Of a stretch of 64,000 nucleotides of DNA, positions 27,370-39,800 are shown piece by piece. Numbering within the stretch: the first letter of the stretch is position 1; each line of letters opens with the position of its first letter. Source of the stretch: Zootoca vivipara (taxonomy: Eukaryota). The stretch is from the NCBI RefSeq assembly GCF_963506605.1, contig NC_083291.1, positions 38,254,001-38,318,000 of the forward strand, in the 5' to 3' direction. The notes under the pieces were generated by a model that saw only the letters and a program-made list of their open reading frames with translations, ran no database searches and was not told the origin of the DNA. Made by a program: the position numbers and the translations under genes.

Positions 27370-28236
27370 TCTATATACAGTATATATATATATATACCGG
27401 TAAATGCTATAAAGGTAAAGGTAAAGGTCCAGTCGTGACCGACTCTGGGGTTGCGCGCTCATCTCGCATTATTGGCCGAGGGAGCCGGCGTATAGCTTCC
27501 AGGTCATGTGGCCAGCATGGCAAAGCCGCTTCTGGCAAACCAGAGCAGCACATGGAAACGCCGTTTACCTTCCCGCTGTAGCGGTTCCTATTTATCTACT
27601 TGCATTTTGACGTGCTTTCAAACTGCTAGGTTGGCAGGAGCTGGGACCAAGCAACGGGAGCTCACCCCGTCACAGGGATTCGAACCACCAACCTTCTGGT
27701 CAGCAAGCCCTAGGCTCAGTGGTTTAACCACAGCGCCACCTGGCTATATATATATATAAATGTAAAAGGGGCATGTGGGTGGGTCTCTACTTTTCTGAAA
27801 CCGCTTGACCGATTGCATTCAAATTCGGACACAACGTCCCATGCGGCGGCAGTCCAAATGTCCAAAAAAAAAAAACCTGTTCCACAACACACCACTCAGC
27901 CGAAAGTGCATGCTGGGAAAAGAACCAGGTTGCAAACCAGCACCCTCTAGCGACAGCTACACTGGTATTACACCTATAGAACCTTCCCTCTCAACAGCAC
28001 CTCAGCTGCCGTTTACATACTAGGCCAAAGCCTTTACAGACTAGGCCGAATGGAGGTACTGACTCGCCTGGGTGGGGGGGGGGAGGAGGGGACGGGATAG
28101 GTCAGGACATGGTGGGGCCAGTCACAGGGATGACCCAGGGGGTGGGGGGAGGAGGGGGCAGGATGCGTCATGGATCGACACAGGGTGGTGGCAGTCACAG
28201 GGATTAGCCACGGCACCGCGTGGCAGGGCCAGCTAG
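27370..28236 (+). mobile_element. Non-autonomous Helitron, family A copy 2, interrupted by a SINE
   Basis: TCTATATA start, body homologous to the other copies, GCCACG...CGTGGC hairpin followed by CTAG|T. Confidence 0.7.
27411..27742 (-). mobile_element. Sauria SINE
   Basis: Reverse complement of the tRNA-like head (GGTGGCGCTGTGG, GGTTCGAATCC) and the ACCTTT tail. Confidence 0.85.
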
Positions 28237-28500
28237 TCAAGTAAATAAAAATATACTTAACTAACTTACCCATTGTGTTGCAGCTAACTCAGTTCGCCCC
28301 CCCAATCCCAGTTGCCATGTGTCCTCTTTTTTTCAGGTCACACCCTCTTTTTCAGGGGAACGTTTTTAAAATTTGCCAAAATGTCTCTGGCTATACTTTC
28401 TGGATGATTCCTAGACATGACTGTTGATTGAAAACTTGCTTTCCCCTTCTCTTCTCCTGCCCCCCTCAGCAATATATCACAGCTTCTATAGCCTACGTAT

Positions 28501-28778
28501 AAAGGTAAAGGTACCCCTGACCGTTATGTGCAGTCGTGGATCACTCTGGGGTTGTGGCGCTCATCTCGCTCTATAGGCCGAGGGAGCCGGCATTTGTCAT
28601 GTGGCCACCATGACTAAGCTGCTTCTGGCAAACCAGAGCAGTGCACAGAAACGCCGTTTACCATCCCGCCAGAGCGGTACCCATTTATCTATTTGCACTC
28701 AACGTGCTTTCAAACTGCTAGGTGGGCAGGAGCTGGGACAGAGCTCACCCCATTGCAGGGATTCGAACCGCCGACCTT
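28501..28778 (-). mobile_element. Sauria SINE, truncated
   Basis: Homologous to the other four copies in the window. Confidence 0.8.
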
Positions 28779-30446
28779 TGTAGGGGTATTTAAAACATCC
28801 TCTTTTTTGCTCTTTGAAATATGGCAAACCTAACTCCCCCCCTTTAAAATTAATCCTGGCTACACCCATAGCAGGCGGTCGTAGTGACACTGCCAGTTTG
28901 TTGATATAATCAATGAACAATTACCATGTATTCAGAAATTTATCCTTCTTACCCTGCCCATTTATCATCACGCTGCTGTGTTGATTCAACTCCCAGATTG
29001 TGCCATTTCCCATACCTGGGTAAAACAAAGATCGTAAAATGAGAGCCTCCCTCCATTTCCCACATGACAGCTATTTCCATTCTGGCAGTGGCTGTTAGAA
29101 AAGAGACCATGGTCAAAGATGGAATATTGTGGTTGTGATCTCCCCCACCCCCCACCCCGGATCCCTGTTTAGTTTATAACCCATTATGATTATTTCAGTA
29201 ATTATTTATTTACCCAAAATGGTACACAAGAGTTTTTGCACCATTTGCTCCCTACCGGGATGGGGCTTTCCAAACCACTGGAACAATGGAGAGACAAGTA
29301 ACCAGTCATTTTTCTTTCCTCTTCTTGGCAGGCCTATTCACCCAACATGTGCATGGTTGGTCCTTAATGCAGGAGCCGGGAAGCTGTGACCACCAGGCGT
29401 TGGAAGCCAACTCCCATCATCAGCCCCAGGCAGCAAGGATGAGGGAAGCTGTACGCCAACAACAAGAACAATTCACATCTCAGAATACTGTGGTCTTGTT
29501 CCCACAATGTTTGTTGCTAGACACTGGAACATTAGAGGATGAATTGCTTGTGTGAATCAGCTGTCATGGGTTTAAGTTCACATGCATTTGATGCGTGGCA
29601 AAAGTCCAGTCTGTGGTGTCCATTCACAGGTGAAACTTATTGCTGGGCGTTGCAGTGATCGGGTGATGAGTATTTGTGTGTGTACAGTCCTTAAAGCAAA
29701 CTACAAAACAAAATACTTGTGTCTGCACTAGTAATTTCTGAAACGGTCTTCAAGGATCGCTCCACTAACAGTGCATGGCAGTAATCCCACTCTGGAGTTA
29801 CCAGAGCATGGATAACTGGGGCAAGACTATCCTGGTTCAGAAACAGCAATGGCTGGTGAGAAGCGCTCTTGGGTCTTTTTACACAAGCACAAAGCCTTCA
29901 AGAGGGAGCTGCAAGCAGCTTGATGATTAGTGTACCTTATGACAAATGACAAACAGAAATTCAACAGGTGAAGCTTTCACCAGAATGCAAAGGTGGCGAC
30001 AGAGGTGGGGAAGTTTCGCTTGCTGTTTAAAAGTAGGAGCCCTGCCAGAAAGAAAGAAAAAAGGCAAATCTTGCTATATAAATAGGACTTCAAGGCCAAG
30101 GCCAGGCCATCCGTTTTGGCTCCCCTGTCACTCCCCCCCCTTCCTCTTCCTCACTGCCAGCTATTAGCTGCTTTCCCCGTTGGCAAGAGAGACAGAGAGA
30201 GACGCAGCAATGGGGTGGGGAATCTGTGTCTCTGCAGATGCTGCAAGGACTACAACTCCCATTATCCCTGACCCTCGGCCATGCTGGATGGGGCTGAAGG
30301 GAACTGGAGTCCAGCAACACCTGGAGAAACACTATGATTAAGATTTTGCTTGTGTTTGTGTAACTGATTAATCAATATGGTGAGCTGGCTCAAATATATT
30401 TAATCAGTTAACACATGCAGACTAGAAAGTAAAGTACACTGGATAA

Positions 30447-30452
30447 TTTATT
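30447..30452 (-). terminator. Candidate polyadenylation signal of LAGE3
   Basis: First minus-strand AATAAA I can find downstream of the LAGE3 stop. It lies beyond the hAT insertion at 30526-31672. Confidence 0.5.
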
Positions 30453-30525
30453 AGAGCACCAGATTCTATGTACTTTGTCTTCCATCAAGGCAGTCCCAGG
30501 CTTGCCTGCTTCTCAGCACCCAAAA

Positions 30526-31672
30526 CAGGGGCGTACCCAGGATCAAAATTAGGGGTGGGCAAGGGGCGGGGGCAAGGGGTGGGAGGGGAGGGGCCACAGT
30601 GGGAATGTGGGCGGGGCTACATGGCCTGCGTCCTCCCAGCTCTTCTGAGGAGGCAGCCCCAGGCTCTTGTTCCCGGCGCGAAGCTCCAGAGGCGCGGGGG
30701 GAACGCAAGCCTGGGGCTGCCTCTTCCGCGCCTCCCAGGTCTTCCGAGGAGGCGGCCCCAAGCTCCCATTCCCGGCGCGAAGCTCCAGAGGTGCGCGGGG
30801 AACGCAAGCCTGTGGCTGCCTCCTCCACTTACAATCCCCGCTCCTGCTTAGCGCTCCTCCGCTTACGCTCCCCTCGCGCCTCTGGAGCTTTGCGCTGGGA
30901 GCCGGAGCCTGGGGCTGCCATGCTGCGCCCCTTAGCCTTTTGCTTCTAGGGGGGGCAATTGCCCCCTCCTGCCCCCCTGCCCACGGCACTGGTCGCCCCT
31001 CTGGGCAGCTCGCCCCATCCCCCGGGTGCACTGTTTCTGCCCCGAGCGCAGACGGCTCAGCCTCCTCCTCCTCTGATTCCCACCCGGCTCCCCACTGTGC
31101 CTCCTGGGCTGGCTCCGCAGCCACTGTCCCTGGCTGAGCTGCCCCTGCAGCTGCTCTGCATAGACATCAATGCACCCAGCCAGAAAAGTGAGTGTGAGTG
31201 CCTCGATCCGGGGAGAAAGTGGGGGGAGGGAGGATCTTGGAAGGGTTGAAGGAGCCTGCAGTGTGTGTGTGTGCGCGCGCGCGTGTGTGCGTTTGCTGCT
31301 GCTGACTGACTGTATTTTGAATTGGGGGAGTGTCTGTTTCTCCTGCTGCAGGGGAGAAAACTACAAAGAAGTGACTTCTTGGTGGGGGTGGTCGGGGTGG
31401 GGTGGGGAGAACAAGCGAGGATCCCTCCGTCTCTTACGTTTACACCCCACCGCTTTTGCAGCTCGATAGTGGGAGGGGGAGAGGAGAAAGTGCGATGGGT
31501 TCTGGAAAGGGGAAAGGGGAAAGGGGGGAGGGCTGGTCTGTTTCTTTCTGGCTGGGGCCACGCGCCCCGCTTTTTGCATTGAGATTTCTTCTTTCTTTTT
31601 AGCTTGGGGGGGGCAGCTGGCTTCTAGAGTAGGGCAGCTGCCCTAACGTGCCCCATGGCGGGTACGCCCTTG
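30526..31672. mobile_element. Non-autonomous hAT element with internal GC-rich tandem repeats
   Basis: TIRs CAGGGGCGTACCC / GGGTACGCCCTTG and a perfect 8-bp TSD ACCCAAAA (30518-30525 and 31673-31680). Confidence 0.88.
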
Positions 31673-31855
31673 ACCCAAAATCTATCAATGTCCAAGAGTA
31701 TCCGAGAGGAAAGAGTTCCCTGCTGGCTCCTGAACACAAAGCAACATCTTGGCTCTAAGGATGGCATGTTCAGTGCCTCCTCTGACATCAGTAGCCCATG
31801 GGCAAGTCCAGAGTCCAGCCAAGACTATGGGGAAGCTTCCTGTTGCAACCAGCTA

Positions 31856-34800
31856 TCAAGCCACAGGAGGCCCAAACAGGTCCATAGTTTCCACCACCAA
31901 GGAGAGATGCTCCAGGAAGGAGCTGATGGACACACGCAGAATCCGGGCTTCATCTGCTCTCCATCGACTGCAAAAAAATAAAATAAATATATTTTGTGTA
32001 GAGTGAAACATAAAACGTCAACACTTGCACTACACTTAACACAATGAACATGCCACTCCTTCTGCCAATATCCTCTTTCTATTCCAGTCCTTGAGCTTCT
32101 CTTTTACTCTTGGCAGACACTGGGCCCCTGGTCCAATACATATTGATGCCAGAAAATATACTGTTTCACTTAATTCATTTATTCTTATCATAGCACCACC
32201 TGAACACAAAGGACTCAACAGAGAGGATGGGAGGAATGATTCTTATTCTCCTCCTCCTCTATATAGTATCATCAGCTTGTATAGCACTTTACAGAAAATA
32301 CAAGGGGATAGATCTCTGCCCTGAGAGGCTTACAGTTTAAAATTTGGCACAACAGAGGAAGGAAAGGGATGTGGGTGCAGGCGAAGGACGCGATGATTTG
32401 ACTGACAAGTGCTCAGGTTTAGTTAGAGGCCTGGGTGCTGCAGTGACAAGGGCATCCCACCAACCTTCATTCACTAGCAGTGGGCACAACACCCCACTTG
32501 GGGAAGGGCCCCAGCTTAGTGGGAGAGCAGCCATGCAGATGATCAATCCCTGGTAGGTCTGGGAGCTATGCCTGTCTGTCCCCCTTAAAAACTGCAGGTG
32601 GGCCTGTGCTAAATGGATGGGTGATAGGCAGATTCCTACGTCCCCAGGAAGTTGTCCTGTGTGCAGAAGCACATTGATCCAAATGCAGGTCTTGCTCAGC
32701 ACACCACTTTATTTTACTTGCACCCCACTCTTCCTCCACGTTATGCTCAAAACAACCCTGCAGGGTAGGTCAGGCCAAGAAACAGACTCATTCAAAAGGG
32801 TTCAGCTCCAAGGGCCTTCTGGCAGTTCCCTCATGTGAGAAATGAGGTTACAGAGAACCAGGCGGAGGGCCTCCTTGGTGGTGGCACCCGCCCTGTGGAA
32901 CGTCCTCCCGTCAGATGTCAAGGAGATAAATAACTATCCAACTTTTAGAAGACATCTAAAAGCAGCCCTATATAGGGAAGTTTTAAATGTTTTATGTTTT
33001 TATATCTATTGGAAGCTGCCCAGTGGCGGGATACAAATAATAATGTTGTTGTTGTTGTTTAAACCCTGGGTCAAGTCCAAGAAGCCATCCATTACAGCGC
33101 CACCTTGTCTCTCATCCTCCTGCAGCTTGTGCAGGAGACCTTCCAGCAGGCTGCACCCAGGACTCAGAGCCCACCATCTGCCCCGACTGGCACCACCCCT
33201 TGCCTCTTGTAGAAGGGGGCGCCTGGCCAATACTCACACATGCAAGATGTCGTCCGTCACGTCCAGTTCCTTGCTGATCCCTTCTTTGCGGGGCTCAGGG
33301 TCAGGGGCCAGGGAGCCCAGCGCAATCTGAGCCAATGATGATGATGGGAAAGGGATCCTCAGCTCACTGATGTTGGGGGGGGGTAGCGTTAAGGAGCATA
33401 AAATGTACAAGAAAATCCCCCCACACTCACACACAGGCGCACACTGCCTACCTTTCCAACAAGAGACACGTTCTCTATTCAAGGTCACCTTTGTATTCCA
33501 TGTTTAATATTCCTGGGAGAGCTTCATCTAGTCCCTGGTTTTCAGCTGAGGTGCTCTGACACGGATTAGAATCCCTGCTTATCCATGACTGTGGATGGGA
33601 GAAAACTCAAGACCAATGTTCAAATTGCAGGGTGGAGGGCAGAGGGGGCCACTTTTGTTCCGATCTCTTTCGCCTACTATTTTTAGAGGGGGAGGGGGAG
33701 TTGCATCAGGGAAGCAGGGGAAGATGTGCTGTACCTAAAACAGGAGAGGGCCCAGGAAATGTGGATTTCATTAAATGCCTTCCTAGGGGCCCCTAGGAAC
33801 CAGGGGCCCCTTTACCTTTAGGGACCCAGGTGGCGCTGTGGGTTAAACCACAGAGTCTAGGGCTTGCTGATCAGAAGGTCGGCGGTTCGAATCCCTGCAA
33901 TGGGGTGAGCTCCTGTTGCTCGGTCCCAGCTCCTGCCCAACTAGCAGTTTGAAAGCACATCAAAGTGCAAGTAGATAAATAGGGACCGCTACAGCGGGAA
34001 AGTAAACGGCGTTTCCGTGCGCTGCTCTGGTTCGCCAGAAGCAGCTTTGTCATGCTGGCCACATGACCCGGAAGCTGTCTGTGGAAAAACGCCGGCTCCC
34101 TCGGCCTATAGAGCGAGATGAGCGCCGCAACCCCAGAGTCGGACACACACGACTGGACCTGATGGTCAGGGGCCAATTACCTTTACCTCTTTCCCTTCAC
34201 CCACGCAATCACCATTCTGTCGTATTTGCAGTTAGTGGTCAAAAAGCATTAAAGGGCAACTTATCCCCATTTCTCTCCTCACAAAGAATCCTGCGCACTG
34301 TAGCTTACCCCTCACAAAGTGCCCATAATACTTTGCGAGTGAAACCCTAGCAACCCATCACCTTGAATTCCCAGCAGATCTAGAAATGCAACTTAGCACA
34401 CATGCATTTTATGCAAATGCATGTCGTGGGTCTGCGCTTAGAGTCCCTTCAGCAACACCCTTGCAAGTGACCACGGACTCCGGCCCCCTTCCCACCCTCC
34501 CAGCAACAGTGTCCGGATCCAAATCGCACTTCTACTCTGAACATACAGCACAGGACGCGTTCCTATTTTATTTTTACGGTTTCAGTTGCAGGACTGGGCA
34601 AGGCTTTTGCACTTCTGGCACGTCAAAGGCGCGGGTATTTTAGCAGGAGCTGAAATCCCGTTTCGATCTGCAACCGGTGAAACCCATTTCAACCGCCTTT
34701 GCGCCTCCTGCCTATTTCCTGAAAGGCGGTTGCCAGAGGCTGTCGGGGCCAGAGGCGCCTTTACGCAGAAGCAAGTCCCGCAGCCGGGGACCTGATCCCC

Positions 34801-35106
34801 CCACTCCCCTCGCTCTTGCCCCGCGATCCCGGCGTTGTTCCCTCCCCCCCCCACCTACGGTAGTTCCTCCCTCCCACCCAGGAAAGGAGGACCCCAGCAG
34901 GAATTCCCGCCCCCCTTGAAAACAGATAAGGTGGTGGGGGTGGGGAACCGCGATACCTCCCTCCAAAGGACCCAGGCGTCCGACAGCCCACCCGCCCCCT
35001 CCGCGGGCGCATTGCTGCCTCGTCCCGCCTGCTTCTTTCCCGCCGGATACAACGCGAGGCCTGGCCGGGACACAGCGCTCCCTCCGGCCGCCGCCGCTCC
35101 TTCCAT
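31856..35106 (-). CDS. LAGE3: EKC/KEOPS complex subunit LAGE3 (Pcc1 family), 3 exons, 98 aa
   Basis: Exons 35051-35106, 33238-33366 and 31856-31967 (297 nt). Spliced protein: MEGAAAAGGSAVSRPGLAFELRIPFPSSSLAQIALGSLAPDPEPRKEGISKELDVTDDILHVRWRADEARILRVSISSFLEHLSLVVETMDLFGPPVA. This matches the human LAGE3 core as I recall it (FTLSVPFP...IAHGSLAPDAEP...VRWKAEDCRLLRISVINFLDQLSLVVRTMQRFGPPV). The exon 1 donor is inferred from phase and motif. Confidence 0.92.
32826..33048 (+). mobile_element. L2-like LINE 3' fragment in LAGE3 intron 2
   Basis: Translates to RRASLVVAPALWNVLPSDVKEINNYPTFRRHLKA, typical of an L2/CR1-group ORF2 C-terminus. Confidence 0.65.
33821..34188 (+). mobile_element. Sauria SINE, full length, in LAGE3 intron 1
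   Basis: A-box TGGCGCTGTGG, B-box GGTTCGAATCC and a TTTACCT tail. Confidence 0.9.
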
Positions 35107-35250
35107 CGCCGCCGCCGCCTCCCCCTCGCTCTTCCCCACGTGGGCGCCGAGGGGTGGATCCCAAGGAGCTGCCAGCCCACGTGGGTGGATCCTTCCGAAT
35201 CCACCAGCATTAGCTGTAGAGTCTGAGACGAGGTGGCGGCGAGCAATATG
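34520..35250 (-). promoter_or_regulatory. CpG island / promoter of LAGE3
   Basis: CpG-rich region with a strong Kozak (gcggcgATGG) and two CCCACGTGGG E-boxes (cores at 35137-35142 and 35178-35183). Confidence 0.7.
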
Positions 35251-36439
35251 CGTTTATGAATATTATAGGGACATATACCCAATGTGTGGTGGGTTGGGGT
35301 TTGTTTTTGTTTTTAATGCATTTTGTTGGTTTTTCCGCAGAAGAGCAATAAACACAATCAAAAGCAAAACTCGGGAACATAGCTTGCCAATCACTTTTGG
35401 TATAAAGTACAGCAATTTAACCTGCAAGCTTTCAGCTTTCTGCGCTCAGCAGTGTGTTTTGTTTTTGTTTGTTTTTTAATTAAAAATTAAATTAAAAAAT
35501 TGGGTTTGAAGGATCTGGGGGGGAAAGACTTTGGCAATCTGGCACACCATTGCACCCAATGTGTTTTGACTACACACGATTTTGGCTTTAGGTGCGATTC
35601 CAGAACACAAGCCCCACCTAAGTTGAGGGCTTTCTGTGCCACATTATCAGAGCAGGCCCACTGAGGAGGCAGGGCAAAGCACCTGCTTCAGGCGGCAAAA
35701 AAGCAAGAGGCAGCGCTCTGCCCACCCCTTCTGCCAACTTGTGGACAGTGGAACGCTCCCTTCTTGCTGAGCTTGGCAAGGGGGGAGTGTTCCTGTGTGT
35801 GGTGGGAGCAGAGGTCACATAATGGTAATTAATTTGTTGCTGATTTAGGCCTCTGCATAGAGAAACGGGTTGCAGCAAGGAAACTACTGTCCTCTTGTCA
35901 GTGGAGAAATCTATGAGACACTAGAAAGTGCGGATGGAACTTTGGTCCCATTCACACTATACATTTAAAACAAATGGCTTCCCCAGAGAATTATGGGAAC
36001 TGTAGTTTCTTACATGTGCTGAGCATTGTAGCTCTGTGAGGGGTAAACTATAGTTCCTACGATTCTGGGGGTGGGGGTGGGGCCATGTGCTTTAAATGTG
36101 CTTTGCATCTAGTGACTGTGACCTTTCACACATGCTTGATTTTCTGAGAAAGCTGTAAAAAAACAAACAAAGGTTTACGAGTACGGCTGTAGATTTATGG
36201 TGAACACGATGGTTTGTAGAATCCTGTATAGCTTTCCAAGTTGGTCTCTGCCCAGGCCAGAGCACTTCTGTGGCATATAACCAGGCCCAGAACATTGGTA
36301 CCAATTGAGTGCCACATTTAGTGCCATATGCACTTCATTCTAATACAGTAATATTGGAATTTTCACAAAGGGGAATTACACACACTAAAATAAATATTGG
36401 AAGAGGAAGTGTGAGTCATTGGTGCTCTCATTCCCCAAT

Positions 36440-36470
<31 letters not shown>

Positions 36471-36812
36471 AGGAAGGAATTCTTGCTGCAGGGGAAGGTG
36501 GTCCGTTCCCTTCAGCAATATACCGCCCTGAAGAAAGAATGAAATTTCCACAAACTAATGTGGAAAATGTTGCAAAATGCCATTCTGGCCCTCCTGAATA
36601 TCTGAGTGGATAGTTCTTCTAATGCCTGGGTATCCCTGACTTGCAGTGGCTCTCTAAGGATCTTTCTTAGCAGCCCTATCTGGAAATTCCTGGGACCCCA
36701 CCCAGGAAGCATGAACTCTGAAAGGGGGCTATAGCCCCACCCCAACGTGCACTTACTAGGGAGTAGCGGTAAGTCTTTGGAAGCACTCGGACTTCCTTCA
36801 AAGTAAACTTAC

Positions 36813-39800
36813 TTAGAGAACAAACTGAAAATTGACAACTGTCTTCTGTAAAATAGGACACCTGAGCATCTTATATTTGCTCTTCATCTGTTAATGAGTG
36901 AATGCCTTTTCCACATTCTGCATAATCTAAATAGGATCTGTTTGAAAATTTAGGTTACTTCCTAAACAACAATGCAAAATTAAGAGACAGTCTTTTGAGC
37001 ACCTTGCTTCATTTAGCTCTTAAGGGAGAGATAGAGAGAAAGAGAAAGAGAGAGGAGGGAGAGGGAGAGGGAGGGAGGTTGCATTGGAAGTAAGCAGGGA
37101 CACCGCAGGGGCTTGAACCCCGTCCTGGAAACCAGGAGCGCCAACCACCAGCGTCTTTTGCTTTTTTTTGGCCAATGCAACAAGGTGAAAAGCAAAACCT
37201 GAGAGAACACTCTGAATACAGAATGTTCTCTCAGGAAAAAAGAAAACCCTTAAGAGTTATGAAGTTGCAGACAAAACACAATCGAGGTTTTATCCCTTGC
37301 CAAGCAAGGGATATTCACCTACCGTAGATGTGTTTAAGTCACAGAGTGCCATGTTGACTGCCATTAATTTGCAGAGACTGGTTCCAGTCGTTAAACTCTG
37401 CCTTTATGCTCACCTTTTTGTTTGTCCCTCTGAAGTGTGAATTCATGGGCCTGGAAGTTCCTTCTGCTGGTCTGTGAAAAGCAATCTGGACTCATTAGTT
37501 TGTCCCCGGCCCTTTCCCACCAATTCCAGAGAAATGTTTTTTAAACACAGCTGTTCTTACTGACCTGACTTCTGCAGGAAGAGCTGGCTTCACCTGAGTG
37601 TGGTGGGCTCTTGGACAGAACTGTGAAGAGATCAAGCGGGGGAAATGGAGAAGCCAGCACAAAAGGATTGTACTGAAAAAGATCACTGAATTGTGAGGTG
37701 TGAAGTTCACTTGCCGTTAAGTTTCCTGAAGGCTTGCAAAATTCTATTTCTTGTGTCGCTGAGATGCACCTGGAAGAGACTAGGGTCTTCAGCAGCCCTC
37801 CCCTCCAGACACAGGAGCAAAAACAGCCGGTTACCTAAAGCAGCGCAGTCAAGACGCAGGTGCCTCTCAGTCCTACACTGAAGATGTTCACTTGATGCAT
37901 CAAGAGCTCTGACACTGCCTCTTGTCAATGGAGCAGATTTGCCTCCGGCACAGGTGAGGTCTGTAAAAAAAAGAGCTGGAACAAAACAAGGATGGCTGTC
38001 CCACCAAAAGATGTACCTTATTGTGTGGTGATGGCACAGGAAGGGGCCTCCCCTGCAGTGGTGTCCCGACAAGAGACGTCCCTCTAGGTAGAAGCACGGA
38101 GAACGACTGCATTAGGCTTTTGAGTTCGCAGCTCTTCTGAAAAAGTGATTGAATAACCAACATTGCTCAATACAAGCTCTTTGGAATATTTAGTTTGCAT
38201 ATTTGATGTATGATTCCATTTAGAGCCTACCTTTTCTCCAACAGGCTCAGGGTGCTTGAATGGTCCCCCTCACGGCAACCTGAAAGAATCTTTGTACAAA
38301 GAGTTGCAGGCAGAACACAACAGAAGTTTTCTCCTCAGTCAAGCACAAGATACTCACCTAGTTCACCTTCAGCCAGAAGACACACAACTGTATTCCTGCT
38401 ATAATTATTACGATAGAGCATTTAGAGATTACTTGTTAGTTATTAGTGCCTATCACCACCTCTGATAATTCAAAAGGTTTTTTAATAGAAGCTACGATTG
38501 CAGTTGAAGGTAACCAAGTGAGAGGTTACAGGCAAAGGAAGAAGTTTGCTACACCAGGTTTTTAAATATATTACCTTAGGAACAGAAGTACTGGCAAGGA
38601 TCCAAATTTTAGTATTTGTTGGAAACCCAGCAACTATCAATCCTATCATGCAAGTTTTCACCAAAAAGCCAGTAATACAATTTGGGTCAAATTCAATTTC
38701 TAATAAAGTCTCAGCATTTATGGATCATGTTCCCTGCAGTAAATAGTCATACCTGTACCTCAGGCAAAGAAAATTGGGAGCTACATGCCTCCTTTATCTA
38801 CAGGATTTAAGGGTACAGACCTCTATTCCAAAACGTTTCACAATTGTGGGTTATTATTATTTTGTGTGGCCCCGCTCTGGTCATTAGTGGAACAATCCGC
38901 CACCCCCTTATGTATGAGTAAAAATGGCCAGAGTCGGGATTCATAAGATTTCAAATATTTTCTCAGTCAGTTCAGCCTTACCATTAACAGACAAAATATT
39001 CTGCCCTTTATGTACAGGAAAAAATGGTTAAGGCTCATCCTTCCTAATTCTGAATATGTTTGTGCTTAAACGTTTACTGGACTTTTTTTGCTGAAAAATG
39101 GCTGGCAAAATGGTGAAAACCTCTACTCACTCTAATGCCTCTACCAGGCCGCCTCTACCATTGCCATCAGTAGATTGACCCTCAAAATGCTTTATTGGCT
39201 TTTTAACACTGAAATCAGCGACAGACAAAGGAAGCCGTTTTGATGCATCAGCTTTTAAAATGGGTATTCTAAATGGGTATTCTACCTTAGGAACAGAATT
39301 ACTGGCGATGATCCAAAATGCTGGCATGTTTGGAACCTTCTGGATTTATACACATCTGAAGGAACAAAAACTCAACAATATTTTGGTGACCCTCTTCTGC
39401 AGTTGCCCAGTAACTACAATTAGGTATAATACTCTCACCCTTGGTTGGTTGCTTTTTGCTGCTGCTCCTTGTGGCATTCTCAGTTATTTCCCCCTTTTTT
39501 GCTCCCCCCACAACCAATTCTTGATCCTAGTGGCTTCCAAACCTTTTATCACATACCCTTCTCACTTCTAAGTCTTACCTGTGTTAAAATCTTACCAATC
39601 TTGGTTTGTCCAACTTCTAGAGCGAGGTTCTGGAGCAGGTGGTCGCAGACCAGATCCAGGTGCGCTTGGAAGAAGCTGATTTTCTGGATCCATTTCAATC
39701 AGGGTTTAGGCCTGTTTTGGCACAAAAACTGCCTTGGTCGCCCTGTACGATGACCTCTGTCGAGAGACAAGGCGCTCAGTGACCCGGAGTGCCTTCCATC

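Noticed and set aside
30466-31137. Stacked ORFs of 116-191 aa
   Set aside because: They come from the tandem repeats inside the non-autonomous hAT element.
33821-33900. tRNA gene (A and B boxes), here and at the other SINE heads
   Set aside because: Each continues into the SINE body and tail and lacks a complete cloverleaf.
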